A stretch of 64,000 bases of DNA from an uncultured bacterium (GCA_963749495.1 CAVVMW010000021.1:800001-864000), one strand, 5' to 3'. Counted from the first letter of the stretch, positions 18,806 to 28,642 are shown. Made by a program: numbers and translations. The notes: a model not told the origin generated them from the sequence alone.

Positions 18806-21800
18806 ATGGCACAGCGTATAGCGGCAAGCGTGTTGAGTGCGGCAGTGCTCCTGCCGCTGAGCCTGTTCTGGGCATCGAGCGGCGCGGGCGCGGATGTGGA
18901 GGCGCTCTACCGGTCGTTCCTGTATCCTCCGCGAACGAATTCGCTCATGCCTTATTGGTTCTGGAACGGGCCCATTACGGGCGCGCAGACGCGGCGGCAA
19001 ATTCGCGAGATGACGGGGCACGGAATCTATCAAGCGGTGGTTTTTCCCTGGGATGGCATGGGCGTCCGATATCTGTCGGAAGAGTATTGGCAGCAGGTGG
19101 GCCTGGCGCTGGAGAGTGCCAGGAAACTCGGCTTCACCCTTAATTTCACAGACGAATACGACTGGCCCAGCGGTCATGCCTGGGTTGTTCCCTCCGACCA
19201 GCCCGAGGTCAGCCGCGTGCTTCAGGCGCACCCGGAATTGCGCATGCATCGGCTGGAATATGTGGAGGAATCGGTCGAGGGTCCGCGCCATTGGGTGTGG
19301 AAGGGGGACTGGAAACCGGCGGTGGCAGTGGTCGCGCGCGAGAATACGGCTGGACGGCTGGACGGCGAGTCGTGCGCGGTTTTGCCAATTTCAGATAAGC
19401 CGCTGGAATGGATGGCGCCGGCTGGGCGCTGGGTGGTCACGATGTATCGACCGGTTCCCGCGGTGGGCGCGCACAATACGCGCCTGGACCTGCTCAACCC
19501 GGATGCCACGAAATTCTATTTGCAGATGGTTTATGAAGAGTATGCGCGCCGTTTCCCGCAGCATTTGGGCAAGACCCTGCGACTCACGCTGGCCGATCAC
19601 GAAGGGGCGTACGGCGCCCCCATCGCCTACACGCCGCGATTGTGGGACGAGTTCCAATCCCGGAAGGGCTACGACTTGCGCCGGGTCTTGCCGCTGCTCG
19701 TGCGCCAGGCAACCGACGATCCGGTTGGCCGCCGCATTCGGCGCGATTACTTGGAGGTCGTTTCCGCACTCTACGTGAATGCCTTCAATAAGCAGGTCAC
19801 CGATTGGTGCGCGCGGCACGGACTCCAGCACGCCACCTCACTCTACGAGGAGCAATTGTTCATTCAGGTCAGCCTGAGCGGGGACATGTTCAGCCAGTGG
19901 CGCGCGGGCACGGCCGTGTTTATGGACGCGCTGCTGGAACGGGCGCGGATGCCGCTCGACTTTAAGGAAGCGGTGTCGGTCGCGCATTTCGATGGCAAAC
20001 CGCTGCTGGTGGAGAACCAGGGATTGCAGGGGCATGACTCCTTCTTCAGCCTGGAAAAGGCGCGGCTTGGGTCCAACATGTGCCTGCTGTGGGGCGCAAA
20101 CCTCCTGATTCCCTATTTCGATTACGACCCGCGCAAGATTCAATGGCCGCCGCAATGGTTCCTGGGCCAGCCGCTGTGGCGCCATTTCAGCCACTACGCC
20201 AGGCTGGTCAACCGGGCCCAGACGATGAACGGCCGGGGCACGCACGTTGCGCCGGTGCTGCTCTACTATCCGCTGGAGACGGCGTTCGCCCACGCGGAGG
20301 TGTTGTTCACGAACCCACCGCCACGCGGACTGGCCTGGCACAATGCGATGGACCACACGGAGAACTTCTACACCGCGCTGCGGCTTGAACTGGCGCGGGC
20401 CGGCTGGGATTATCACATCGCCGATCGTCAGTATCTTGCGCGCGCGGCGATCCGGGACGGTGCGCTGCAGCTCGCGGAGGAATCGTTTCGAGTGCTGATT
20501 TTGCCGCCGATGACGGACATGGATGAAGGCGCAGCCCGGCAGGTGCGGCGCTTTGTCGAAGCGGGCGGACAGGTGCTGGCCATCGGAGAATTGCCGGCGG
20601 GCCTGGAGGCGAACGGGATCCGCAGATTTTCTGCGCGGGAGCATCCGCCGTTCATGGACCATTTGGATTATCGCGAATATGTTGCCACGCCCGCAGGCAT
20701 TCAGGAGGATCTGCAGCCGCTGCTCCTGGCTCTGCGCTCGCTGGAACCGCCGCAGGCTCAGGTCCTGGGCGAGGACCGCGAGCGCATCTATTTCTCGCGT
20801 CGCCACGAGGGTGGCGTGGATTGGTATTGGGTGGTGAATGACACCGAACGGGCCCGACAGGTTGTGATGCGCTTCCCACTAAGCGGGATCTTCGAGAAGT
20901 GGGATCCGGAGACAGGCCGGCGGACGAGGTTGCAGAGCCGGGGCGGCGGAGCCCGCCCCTCTTTGGAGCAGCACAATCGCGATGCAAGCGCCTCGGTCGC
21001 CAGGAAGTTGAGCGTCCCTGCGCAGAGAGCCGATGGCTGCACGGATATCGAACTTGGTTTCGATCCGCACGACGGGTTCTTCATCGTCCGCCATGATGAG
21101 TCCCCGAGCGCGCCCGAGGCAGAAACCATTGCCTTGGAGCAGACATTGACGGTACTGCCCGGCAGCGGCTGGTGGTTCACGCCCGAAGCCCCGACCATCG
21201 AGGTCCCTTATGCGGGGCGCGAAGGCAACGCGGAACCACTCTGGCTGGCGCCGGAGGCGCTGTCGAATCGCGATTGGTGGCTTATCGGCCCATTCCCTTA
21301 CGACGACCATGCTGGGTTTTTCCGCTCCTATCCACCGGAGCTCGAGTTCCGACCGGAGGCCGTCTATGCCGGGGCTTACGGCCAGGTGCGCTGGCAGTGG
21401 TTTCACTCGCCCACCTACACCATTACGTTCCGTGACGCGCTCAAACCTAAGGAGGGCGGTTCCTTTGGTGTTTATTACGCTCACGCCCACGTTTGGTCGC
21501 CCACGGCGCGGCGGGCGAGACTGCGGGCGGCCTTCGCCGACAGTCTGGCGGCCTGGTGGAACGGCGAGCGGGTTTTCTCCGAGCACCGTCATACAAAGTG
21601 GGTCCTGCTGCGCGATTGCTGGGCCGAATCGGCCAAGATCGATGTTCGCTCCGGTTGGAACACCGTGTTGCTCAAGGTTGGGCCAAGCCTTGAAGGGGCA
21701 ACCGCATTCATGTTCCGCATCACCGATGACGCCGGCTCCACTCTGCGCGACCTCGTTTACTCCCGCGACACCAAAGAACCACAGGATGGCGCCTCACTCC

Positions 21801-22411
21801 AAGTCCGCTTGAGCGTTTCAGTGCCCCCGGGCGCAACCGGTCTGCGGGTTCCGGCGTTTCGCAAACCGTTTCGATTGCTGGTGCATGGCGAGGCGGTGGC
21901 GGCCAAACCGGCCGGCACGGTGCGGTTACCGGCCGGCGTGCGGAGTTGCGCTTTTGAAGTCGCCGCCGATGATACGCCCGAATACCCGGTTTGCTTCCTC
22001 ACCGGTTCGGCGCCCTTCCAACTGCAGTCGTGGACGGACTCGGCGCTGGCGAATTTCTCCGGCAGCGCGCGCTACGAGACAGAGTTTAGTCTGCCGCCAG
22101 GCTCGGCCGAGGGGAAGCTGGTGCTGGATCTGGGTGAAGTGGGCTTGGCCGCGGAGGTCTGGGTCAACGGCCAGAGCCTTGGAGCCCGGGCCTGGAGTCC
22201 ATTCCGGTTCGAGCTTTCGAAGGCCGTGCATCGGGGCAAGAACCGGCTGCGCGTGCGCGTGACCAACTCAAACGCGGGTTGGCTGGCGCAAGGCGACACG
22301 CTCTATGCCAAAGGGAGCTGGGGCTTGAAGTTCGACACCGAGCGGGATCGTCTCGCGACGCTCCGGCCCAACGGCTTGGAAGGACCTGTCCGGATCCTTA
22401 GAAGGCAGTGA
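18806..22411 (+). CDS. Secreted glycoside hydrolase (GH106/GH2-like)
   Basis: PYWFWNG, YLSEEY, DEYDWPSG, GYDL, LDLGEV...EVWVNG, GLEGPV. Confidence 0.8.
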   Translation: MAQRIAASVLSAAVLLPLSLFWASSGAGADVEALYRSFLYPPRTNSLMPYWFWNGPITGAQTRRQIREMTGHGIYQAVVFPWDGMGVRYLSEEYWQQVGLALESARKLGFTLNFTDEYDWPSGHAWVVPSDQPEVSRVLQAHPELRMHRLEYVEESVEGPRHWVWKGDWKPAVAVVARENTAGRLDGESCAVLPISDKPLEWMAPAGRWVVTMYRPVPAVGAHNTRLDLLNPDATKFYLQMVYEEYARRFPQHLGKTLRLTLADHEGAYGAPIAYTPRLWDEFQSRKGYDLRRVLPLLVRQATDDPVGRRIRRDYLEVVSALYVNAFNKQVTDWCARHGLQHATSLYEEQLFIQVSLSGDMFSQWRAGTAVFMDALLERARMPLDFKEAVSVAHFDGKPLLVENQGLQGHDSFFSLEKARLGSNMCLLWGANLLIPYFDYDPRKIQWPPQWFLGQPLWRHFSHYARLVNRAQTMNGRGTHVAPVLLYYPLETAFAHAEVLFTNPPPRGLAWHNAMDHTENFYTALRLELARAGWDYHIADRQYLARAAIRDGALQLAEESFRVLILPPMTDMDEGAARQVRRFVEAGGQVLAIGELPAGLEANGIRRFSAREHPPFMDHLDYREYVATPAGIQEDLQPLLLALRSLEPPQAQVLGEDRERIYFSRRHEGGVDWYWVVNDTERARQVVMRFPLSGIFEKWDPETGRRTRLQSRGGGARPSLEQHNRDASASVARKLSVPAQRADGCTDIELGFDPHDGFFIVRHDESPSAPEAETIALEQTLTVLPGSGWWFTPEAPTIEVPYAGREGNAEPLWLAPEALSNRDWWLIGPFPYDDHAGFFRSYPPELEFRPEAVYAGAYGQVRWQWFHSPTYTITFRDALKPKEGGSFGVYYAHAHVWSPTARRARLRAAFADSLAAWWNGERVFSEHRHTKWVLLRDCWAESAKIDVRSGWNTVLLKVGPSLEGATAFMFRITDDAGSTLRDLVYSRDTKEPQDGASLQVRLSVSVPPGATGLRVPAFRKPFRLLVHGEAVAAKPAGTVRLPAGVRSCAFEVAADDTPEYPVCFLTGSAPFQLQSWTDSALANFSGSARYETEFSLPPGSAEGKLVLDLGEVGLAAEVWVNGQSLGARAWSPFRFELSKAVHRGKNRLRVRVTNSNAGWLAQGDTLYAKGSWGLKFDTERDRLATLRPNGLEGPVRILRRQ

Positions 22412-22427
22412 TCACAACGGTTTGAGC

Positions 22428-23225
22428 TCAAAAAGGACGAAACAAGTCGCCCGCGATGGCGCGGATACGCTCGTAGTCCGCCGCACTGCAGCGGGCGTGA
22501 GGCGCTTCGCCGACTTTGGCCAGGCCGGTCGTCTGGAACCACTGCGGCCCCGTCGGAAAGCCCTCGCTGCGCAACAGGAAATGAACCCGGTACTCGGCCA
22601 GATAGCGAACCACCTGCTCACGCTCATTATCCTTCAATCCTGGCACCACGAGCTGCACGTAATCGGCCAGGCCGCCTTCGACAAACGCCCGGACATGACG
22701 CATGTAAGATTCTTCCGGGTTTCCGGTGGAGGCCAAATGCAACTGTGAACCGACATGACACACCTCATCCGTTCCGCCCAACAGGCTCCGGGCAGCCCAA
22801 AGCAGCGCCAACGCAACTGGAATGCCCCGCGGAGTCATGGCCGCAAGGTAAAAGGTTCGTGCAGCCTCGTCCAATCCGAAGGCATCAGAATCTCGCCAGC
22901 GTTCGGGGCTGATCTTATTGGCCAGGAATTTCTCCTGCCCAGAACGACGCGAACCCAGTTTCCGCTCTGGCAATTCGACCTCGGCAAAGACGGCATACTC
23001 TACGCCTGCACCTATCCGCCGGCGAAGCACAACGTTGATGGACATCTGGGACTTTCATTGTCACTTGAGCGGCGTGCCGGGCACCACGCCCGAGCAGCGG
23101 CTGACGAGGTCCACTGGACGGCCGAACAGTTCCTCCAAGCCCAACTTGAGATCCAGCCACTCCAGCAAGCCGCAGCGGCCGTCCGCCTCCGACGCAAGCG
23201 TGCAAAGCAGGTCCACGTCCCTGTC
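22428..23225. pseudogene. Mosaic of gene fragments (secreted protein N-terminus, amidohydrolase N-terminus, MNT fragment)
   Basis: Minus MTPRGIPVALALLW...; plus MDIWDFHCHLSGVPG; minus DVDLL...LEELFGRPVDLV. Confidence 0.55.
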
Positions 23226-23276
23226 CCGCTTGAATTAGGGTTTGATGCCGTGGGCCGATGCCGCTAGATTTCCCTC

Positions 23277-23483
23277 ATGACCTTCAAAGCTGTCATCCAT
23301 CCTGAGCCAACCGGCGGCTACTGGGGGGAAGTCCCTGCCCTGCCGGGGTGCTATTCGCAGGGCGAGACCGTGGACGAGTTGATGGCCAACTTGCGCGAGG
23401 CCGCCGTCGGCTGTCTCGAGGTGCTGGCCGAGGAAGGCCGGTCGCCAGACCCGGAAGTGGAAGTCGCAGACCTCGCCTTATGA
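23277..23483 (+). CDS. hicB: HicB-family antitoxin
   Basis: GGYWGEVPALPGCYSQGETVDE motif. Confidence 0.92.
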   Translation: MTFKAVIHPEPTGGYWGEVPALPGCYSQGETVDELMANLREAAVGCLEVLAEEGRSPDPEVEVADLAL

Positions 23484-23677
23484 GGCCGATTACCGGCAAT
23501 GAACTCTGCCGGTTATTGAGCGAGGCGGGCTGGGCGCTCAAGCGCGTCAAGGGGAGTCATCATGTTTTCGCCAAACGTGGCGAAAGCAAAATCATCTCTG
23601 TTCCCGTTCACGGGAATCAGACCATCAAGCCAGGTCTGGCCCTCCGCATCGCCAAGGACGCCGGCATTTCGTGGTGA
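23480..23677 (+). CDS. hicA: HicA-family mRNA interferase toxin
   Basis: GW...KGSHH...VPVHG motif; ATGA overlap with hicB. Confidence 0.92.
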   Translation: MRPITGNELCRLLSEAGWALKRVKGSHHVFAKRGESKIISVPVHGNQTIKPGLALRIAKDAGISW

Positions 23678-23869
23678 ACCCCCGTGGTCGGCTCAGCCCG
23701 GCAGGCCAAAAAACTGTTCCCAACTTTTTTGGTTTGGCGCTCTGCTGTTCGTCTTGTCCGTCGCTGTTCGCCCGGCGAGAGACCGCCAGCCGGGGCGGCC
23801 AGCGGGAGTAGTCTTTAGAGGGCACCGCGCCCAGACCCATGGCGCCCGGCACCCGGAGTCGTCAAGCCG

Positions 23870-23960
23870 GAGGCGAAGAATCTGGTCTGGACGGATTTGC
23901 CGACGCCCACGTCATGGCCGATGAGCCGACGCATCCCAGACAGGCGCAACGACTTTACAT
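23870..23960 (-). pseudogene. Possible SNF2 helicase motif-I remnant
   Basis: Reads LRLSGMRRLIGHDVGVGKSVQT, cf. RLLIADDVGLGKT. Confidence 0.3.
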
Positions 23961-24192
23961 GGGGGGGCACGGCCTGGAACAACTCCGAGACGGGCTTGGC
24001 TTCGCCACAGGCCGAGGAATGGAGCCCTGCGGTAGCCTTTTGACCAAACCACGGGCCTGGATTGCGAAATTACGCTCCAGGTCAAGTGCATAATCTACAC
24101 GTATCCAACCCCTTACGGCGTTTTCACTTTCCTGGTTCAAGAAGTCTCCACAGCCTGGCTTTCTCTGAGTTTTTTGGATTCCAGAGGTATTA

Positions 24193-24236
24193 TGACATTG
24201 TCAGACAATCTTTGAGATTTATGTTGACAAAAGTCA
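24193..24236 (+). promoter_or_regulatory. Palindromic operator-like sites overlapping a TTGACA -35 hexamer
   Basis: TGACA-T-TGTCA 24193-24203, ATTGTC-A-GACAAT 24197-24209, TGAC-AAAA-GTCA 24225-24236; TTGACA at 24224; no clear -10. Confidence 0.5.
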
Positions 24237-24268
24237 GAAGTTGTGTTTTCTTTTGGGCAGGTAATTAT

Positions 24269-24919
24269 ATGGCAGGCGACGGTGACATGTTTGCGCAACG
24301 CAAGGTCTGGGGATACAACCGCCTTTGCGCTGCGGTTTCTGATGGCGCGCCAATGGAGAGGTTGGCGGAAACTGAAGTCCAGGCTGTCCGCAACATGCTT
24401 GGGAATGGTTACGCGGTTCCTTCATTGAGGCGGTCGGTGCAGAATGCATATCGCATTCTGGAGAGCTTACAGTCCGACTTGCCGATGGAATCTCCTTCAC
24501 AAACGCACGCTCGTTTGATCGAGGCGGTGCGCATGGTTGAAAGGGAATCCGTCGAGGCGCAGAGTTCTGCGGACGTGGCCAAGGCCGTCATCTCGGTTGG
24601 CTTGGGAATACTTGAGACTGGCCAACCGCTTCCCTCAATGAGCGAATTCCAAAAAGAATGCTGTCGCACGCTCGGAACCTTTTGGTTGCATCGTTACGGG
24701 TGGAACAGCTTTGCGCCGTATGTGATGCGGCGAAGCGGCCTTTCCGCAGAAGCTTACAAACAGATGTCCCGCCAGGCAAGCGAGGGGGCAATTTCGGATA
24801 TTTCCGAACTGATACACGCATCGATGTTCTCCCGCGGAGGGAGGCTGCCAAAGCGCAGAGTGGCGCGCAGCCAGCCCGTCCAACACACGATCGAAGGTCT
24901 GAACCAGGAGCTGAATTAA
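24269..24919 (+). CDS. Hypothetical protein directly upstream of QueC-like gene (candidate partner/substrate)
   Basis: ORF ends 1 nt before QueC-like ATG; start MAGDGD chosen from AGGT upstream. Confidence 0.7.
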   Translation: MAGDGDMFAQRKVWGYNRLCAAVSDGAPMERLAETEVQAVRNMLGNGYAVPSLRRSVQNAYRILESLQSDLPMESPSQTHARLIEAVRMVERESVEAQSSADVAKAVISVGLGILETGQPLPSMSEFQKECCRTLGTFWLHRYGWNSFAPYVMRRSGLSAEAYKQMSRQASEGAISDISELIHASMFSRGGRLPKRRVARSQPVQHTIEGLNQELN

Positions 24920-24920
24920 C

Positions 24921-26348
24921 ATGGACCGCTCACCCAATCAGCGGATTTGTCCCGAGTATCACTTCGAGTTCGATGCTCGCGGCATTCGGCGAACCGTCCC
25001 TTGTCTCCCCGGCGGCGAGCAGGACTTTTACGGACAGCAGTATTTCGCCAACTACCAGAACTTGGCGAGTGCCTTTGCACGGAGGCTCTCACCGAGATAC
25101 GGGGATTGGTTGGAACTCGCGGTGGCCATATACTTGGCCGACAGGTTCGCTCCCCGGCGGGACCCGAGATTTCGCAGGGACCCGGTGCACCGTCGAAGGA
25201 AGATCCGGCTCCAGATCCCGGTCCTCGACCAACCGTTCTGGCGAGGCAACCGCACGCAGCAACTCCTGCGGAACGCCCTTTGGCCTCTAACGGAAGACGA
25301 GTGGCGCTTTGATTTCGTTGAAAGGGAAACGCCTTTGCCGGCGTGCGCTCAGCAATTCCTGTTCGACTTCCCGATCAAGACTCCCGCCCGCGTGGCTTTG
25401 CTCAGTGGTGGTTTGGACTCTTTCGCCGGAGCGGCGTTCCAACTGCAGAATTGGTCTTCTCTCCATATCTTCGTGTCGGGCGTTACGCATGGACGTATGC
25501 AGGTAGGGCAGCATCGGCAGATGACCCTCTTGCGCAAGCGGAGCTCTGCGGATATTCGTCATGTGCAGGTTTGGTATAGGCTAACAGAGAAAAAGGCCCC
25601 GGACTTCACTTTGGAACGGAGCCAGAGGAGCCGAGCGTTTCTTCACGTGACCTTGGGAGCAGTGGCGGCTTTGCTCGCCGGAACTGATGAACTCAGCATG
25701 TATGAGAACGGAATCGGCGCCCTGAACCTGCCCTTCGATGCAACGCAGGTGGGAATTGAGACCAGCAAAGCGGCCAGCCCCATTTTTCACCGGGCCATGG
25801 AACGGTTCATCGAATCGGTGACCGGCACCCAATTCAGTATAGTGAATCCATTCCAGTTTCTAACGAAAGGCCAGGCGCTCCGCGCCGCAGGGATTCGTGA
25901 GTTTCCGGAGGGATTAGGGGAGACCTTTTCGTGTGACCGCTTTCCGGACTGGCGCGAAGGCACGCCGCAATGCGGGACCTGCGCATCTTGTATTCTCCGT
26001 CGCTTGTCCTTAGAAGTTTGTGGACTCTCCCACCTCGACCATGGCACCTTTTATGCCAGAGACGTGAGATCCAACACCTTTGTTCCGGGTGATTCCGCCG
26101 CCAGCATTCTTTCCCATTATGAGGAACAGGCCTCGCGGATCGAAAGAGCGCTCGGAAACGCAAACCCTGGCTCGGCACTGGCGAGGGATTTTCCGGAGCT
26201 TTACGAGGCCGAACATGCCTTGTTGTTGGGCGGGGGCGATGAGAAGGGGGTCCGCCGCTCTCTATTGCAGCTTCTGAGGGCTCATGCAGCGGAGTGGAGA
26301 ACCTTTAGCGGTCGGGCCGCCCTGGGCCGCTACCTGGAAGCAGCTTAA
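24921..26348 (+). CDS. QueC-like PP-loop enzyme of the long, defence-associated QatC-like type
   Basis: LSGGLDS PP-loop, QRSRAF, YENG, NPFQFLTKG, SC...CGTCASCILRR Zn site; ~150 aa N-terminal extension (AIYLADR, LTEDEWRF). Confidence 0.88.
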   Translation: MDRSPNQRICPEYHFEFDARGIRRTVPCLPGGEQDFYGQQYFANYQNLASAFARRLSPRYGDWLELAVAIYLADRFAPRRDPRFRRDPVHRRRKIRLQIPVLDQPFWRGNRTQQLLRNALWPLTEDEWRFDFVERETPLPACAQQFLFDFPIKTPARVALLSGGLDSFAGAAFQLQNWSSLHIFVSGVTHGRMQVGQHRQMTLLRKRSSADIRHVQVWYRLTEKKAPDFTLERSQRSRAFLHVTLGAVAALLAGTDELSMYENGIGALNLPFDATQVGIETSKAASPIFHRAMERFIESVTGTQFSIVNPFQFLTKGQALRAAGIREFPEGLGETFSCDRFPDWREGTPQCGTCASCILRRLSLEVCGLSHLDHGTFYARDVRSNTFVPGDSAASILSHYEEQASRIERALGNANPGSALARDFPELYEAEHALLLGGGDEKGVRRSLLQLLRAHAAEWRTFSGRAALGRYLEAA

Positions 26349-26368
26349 CGAATTAACTGATAATTCAA

Positions 26369-27604
26369 ATGTCTGAAAACATCCTGGAAAAGCTTGACCC
26401 GAAGATCGTTGGCGAGCGTCTGAAGAGCTCCCGCCGCGCCTGCGGTTTCACGCAGGAAGAGGTTGCCGATCGACTGGGGTTTGCACGAACTACGGTCGTG
26501 GCAATTGAAAAAGGCGAACGGCGAGTGGCGCCAGACGAGCTTCTGGCCTTCTCCGCCTGCTATGGCCGAAGCGTGTCCGAACTGGTCAAACAGAGTTCCT
26601 TCACGGAAGCGTTGGCGCCCCAGTTTCGCGCGGCTCTTCCGAACAGCCAATTGGAGAAGCCCTTTCCCGAGGATCAACTCGCGCGCGTCTGCCACGAGCT
26701 GGAATCCAGGGTCGAGGATTATCTCGAACTCGAGCAAATTTGCTCAGTGGCCCTGACGCGGGATTATCCTCAGCAATACCCGCTAGAGCCATCGCACATC
26801 TACCCGGAACAGCTTGCCGAGGATGTGGCTCAGGAGGAACGAAATCGACTGGGCCTTGGGGATGCACCGATCAGTGATTTGCGTGCTTTGCTGGAAGAGG
26901 CTGTTGGGCTGCGCATCTTCTTTTACGACATGCCGTCTTCAGTAGCGGGAATTTTTGGGTATAACGATCGTTTCGGAGGCTGCATCGGCGTCAACCTCAA
27001 GCAGCCATGGCACCGCGGCAACTGGTCGTTGGCGCACGAGTATGCGCATTTTCTGACGACCCGGTATTCTGCCGATGTGGATGTTCTTTCCGGGCGCTGG
27101 GGGAAACAGCGGTCGGAGCGTTTTGCCGACAGCTTTGCGGCGAATTTCCTCATGCCGCGGAGCGGGGTAAACCGACGGCTCTCGGAGGTGGAGATGGCGC
27201 GTAAAGACCGCATCACCATCGCTGATTTGGTCACGCTGGCCGACTACTTTGGGGTTTCCCTCCAGGCCATGTGTTTGCGACTCGAGGGTCTAAAACGCAT
27301 CCAATCCGGCAGTTGGGATCGACTCAAAAGTGGCGGACTAAAACCTGACAAGGCGCGCCAGACCTTGGGGTTGCTTCGTCCCGAGCGCAAGCACGCCGAA
27401 TGGCCGGTGCGCTACCTGCTGCTCGCCAAAGCGGCGTTCGAAAAGGGTGAGCTTTCGGAATCGCAGCTCGCAAAGAGGCTGCGCACCGACATTCTGAGCG
27501 CTCGCGAAACGATGGAGGAATTGGACAACCTGGTCGTGTCCAATGATGGGGAGGAGTTCGAGGTGATCCCGGTGGATTTGGCTTCCCCGGTTCCGGCGGA
27601 GTGA
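26369..27604 (+). CDS. XRE HTH fused to ImmA/IrrE (M78) metallopeptidase
   Basis: TQEEVA...IEKGER HTH; AHEYAH (HExxH); E..AD.FAANFLMP. Confidence 0.92.
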   Translation: MSENILEKLDPKIVGERLKSSRRACGFTQEEVADRLGFARTTVVAIEKGERRVAPDELLAFSACYGRSVSELVKQSSFTEALAPQFRAALPNSQLEKPFPEDQLARVCHELESRVEDYLELEQICSVALTRDYPQQYPLEPSHIYPEQLAEDVAQEERNRLGLGDAPISDLRALLEEAVGLRIFFYDMPSSVAGIFGYNDRFGGCIGVNLKQPWHRGNWSLAHEYAHFLTTRYSADVDVLSGRWGKQRSERFADSFAANFLMPRSGVNRRLSEVEMARKDRITIADLVTLADYFGVSLQAMCLRLEGLKRIQSGSWDRLKSGGLKPDKARQTLGLLRPERKHAEWPVRYLLLAKAAFEKGELSESQLAKRLRTDILSARETMEELDNLVVSNDGEEFEVIPVDLASPVPAE

Positions 27605-27616
27605 GGTCGCGGCAAC

Positions 27617-28169
27617 ATGGCATCGATTCTCATACAAGACGCGTGCGTTCTGCTGAATCTGGTGGCAAGCGGGCGGTTTGCCGATATCGCCGGCGGTTGC
27701 AACCTCCATTTTGCCGTGGTTCCCGAAGTTGCGGGTGAAACCCTCTACTTGCGCGACGCGGCCTCTGGCGAGCATGAACCAGTTGATCTGCCAGCTCTTT
27801 ATCGCCCGCGGACTCCTGGAGGTCTTCGCTGTGAAAGGCCAAGTGGAGCAAACCCGTTTCATTGAACTGGCCGTTGATCTTGACGATGGGGAAGCCGCCT
27901 CCATTGCGATTGCCGAAGCCAGGGATTTTGCGCTTGCAACCGACAACAAAAAGGCCCGGGCCTTGATTCAGCGCAAGGCCGTCAAAATCAAGCTGTGGTC
28001 GACCTTTGAGCTGTTGCGACACTGGCAGGGCAAGACCGGGATTTCCGATGGGGAACTGGGCGGCGCCTTACTGAACATCGCCAACCGCGCGAAATTCCGT
28101 CCGAAGCCCGGCCACCCTGACTTCAAATGGTGGTCCGAGGCCGTCGGCGCGAAACAGGACCAAACGTGA
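27617..28169 (+). CDS. PIN-domain protein (DUF3368-like), single-base frameshift near 27790
   Basis: IQDACVLLNL in frame 1; LDDGEAASIAIA and LATDNKKA in frame 2. Confidence 0.8.
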
Positions 28170-28642
28170 ACGGTTTTCCCACCGGCGACGGAAATGGACA
28201 TACGCTGAAAAGAATTCTCACAAGAACCAACCTGAACGCCAGTATGGTCACGAACTTCTTCAGAATCCCCATCCCGTTCGAGGAGTTTGACATTCAACGC
28301 CTAGCCTATACGGAGGCCAAGCTGAAGGCGCTTCGCGCCGAGCATAATCATGAAGCTTCCTTATTTCGGAACGGTGAATTCATCTACGCATCGCCTAAGA
28401 AGGGTGCGGCGCTCAATTTGGCAAAGCCCGTGCGGCTGGCGGTCAAGGACCATCATGAGGTTATCGAGTCGCACCACGGTCAACGACGGGCGGAAGTCCC
28501 CAGAGGCCACCTTCGCGAAGAAGATTGTCCTCCCCCCCTTTTCTCCTGCCCGTCGTCACCAGAGCATGGCGAATCAATTATGGACGCTGGCGAAGATGGC
28601 GAGCTCGACTTTGACGTTGAGGTCAAGGATGCGCCGTGGTAG
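28166..28642 (+). pseudogene. Truncated ORF resembling N-terminus of a long prokaryotic Argonaute, joined to unrelated tail after ~28470
   Basis: GTGA overlap with PIN gene; MVTNFFRIPIPFEEFDIQRLAYTEAKLKALRAEHNHEASLFRNGEFIYAS recalled as pAgo-like; no MID/PIWI present. Confidence 0.4.

Noticed and set aside
24921..26348. Housekeeping queC or a canonical QatABCD / type IV CBASS / Dpd locus
   Set aside because: About twice the length of housekeeping QueC, and none of the expected partner genes is recognisable in the window
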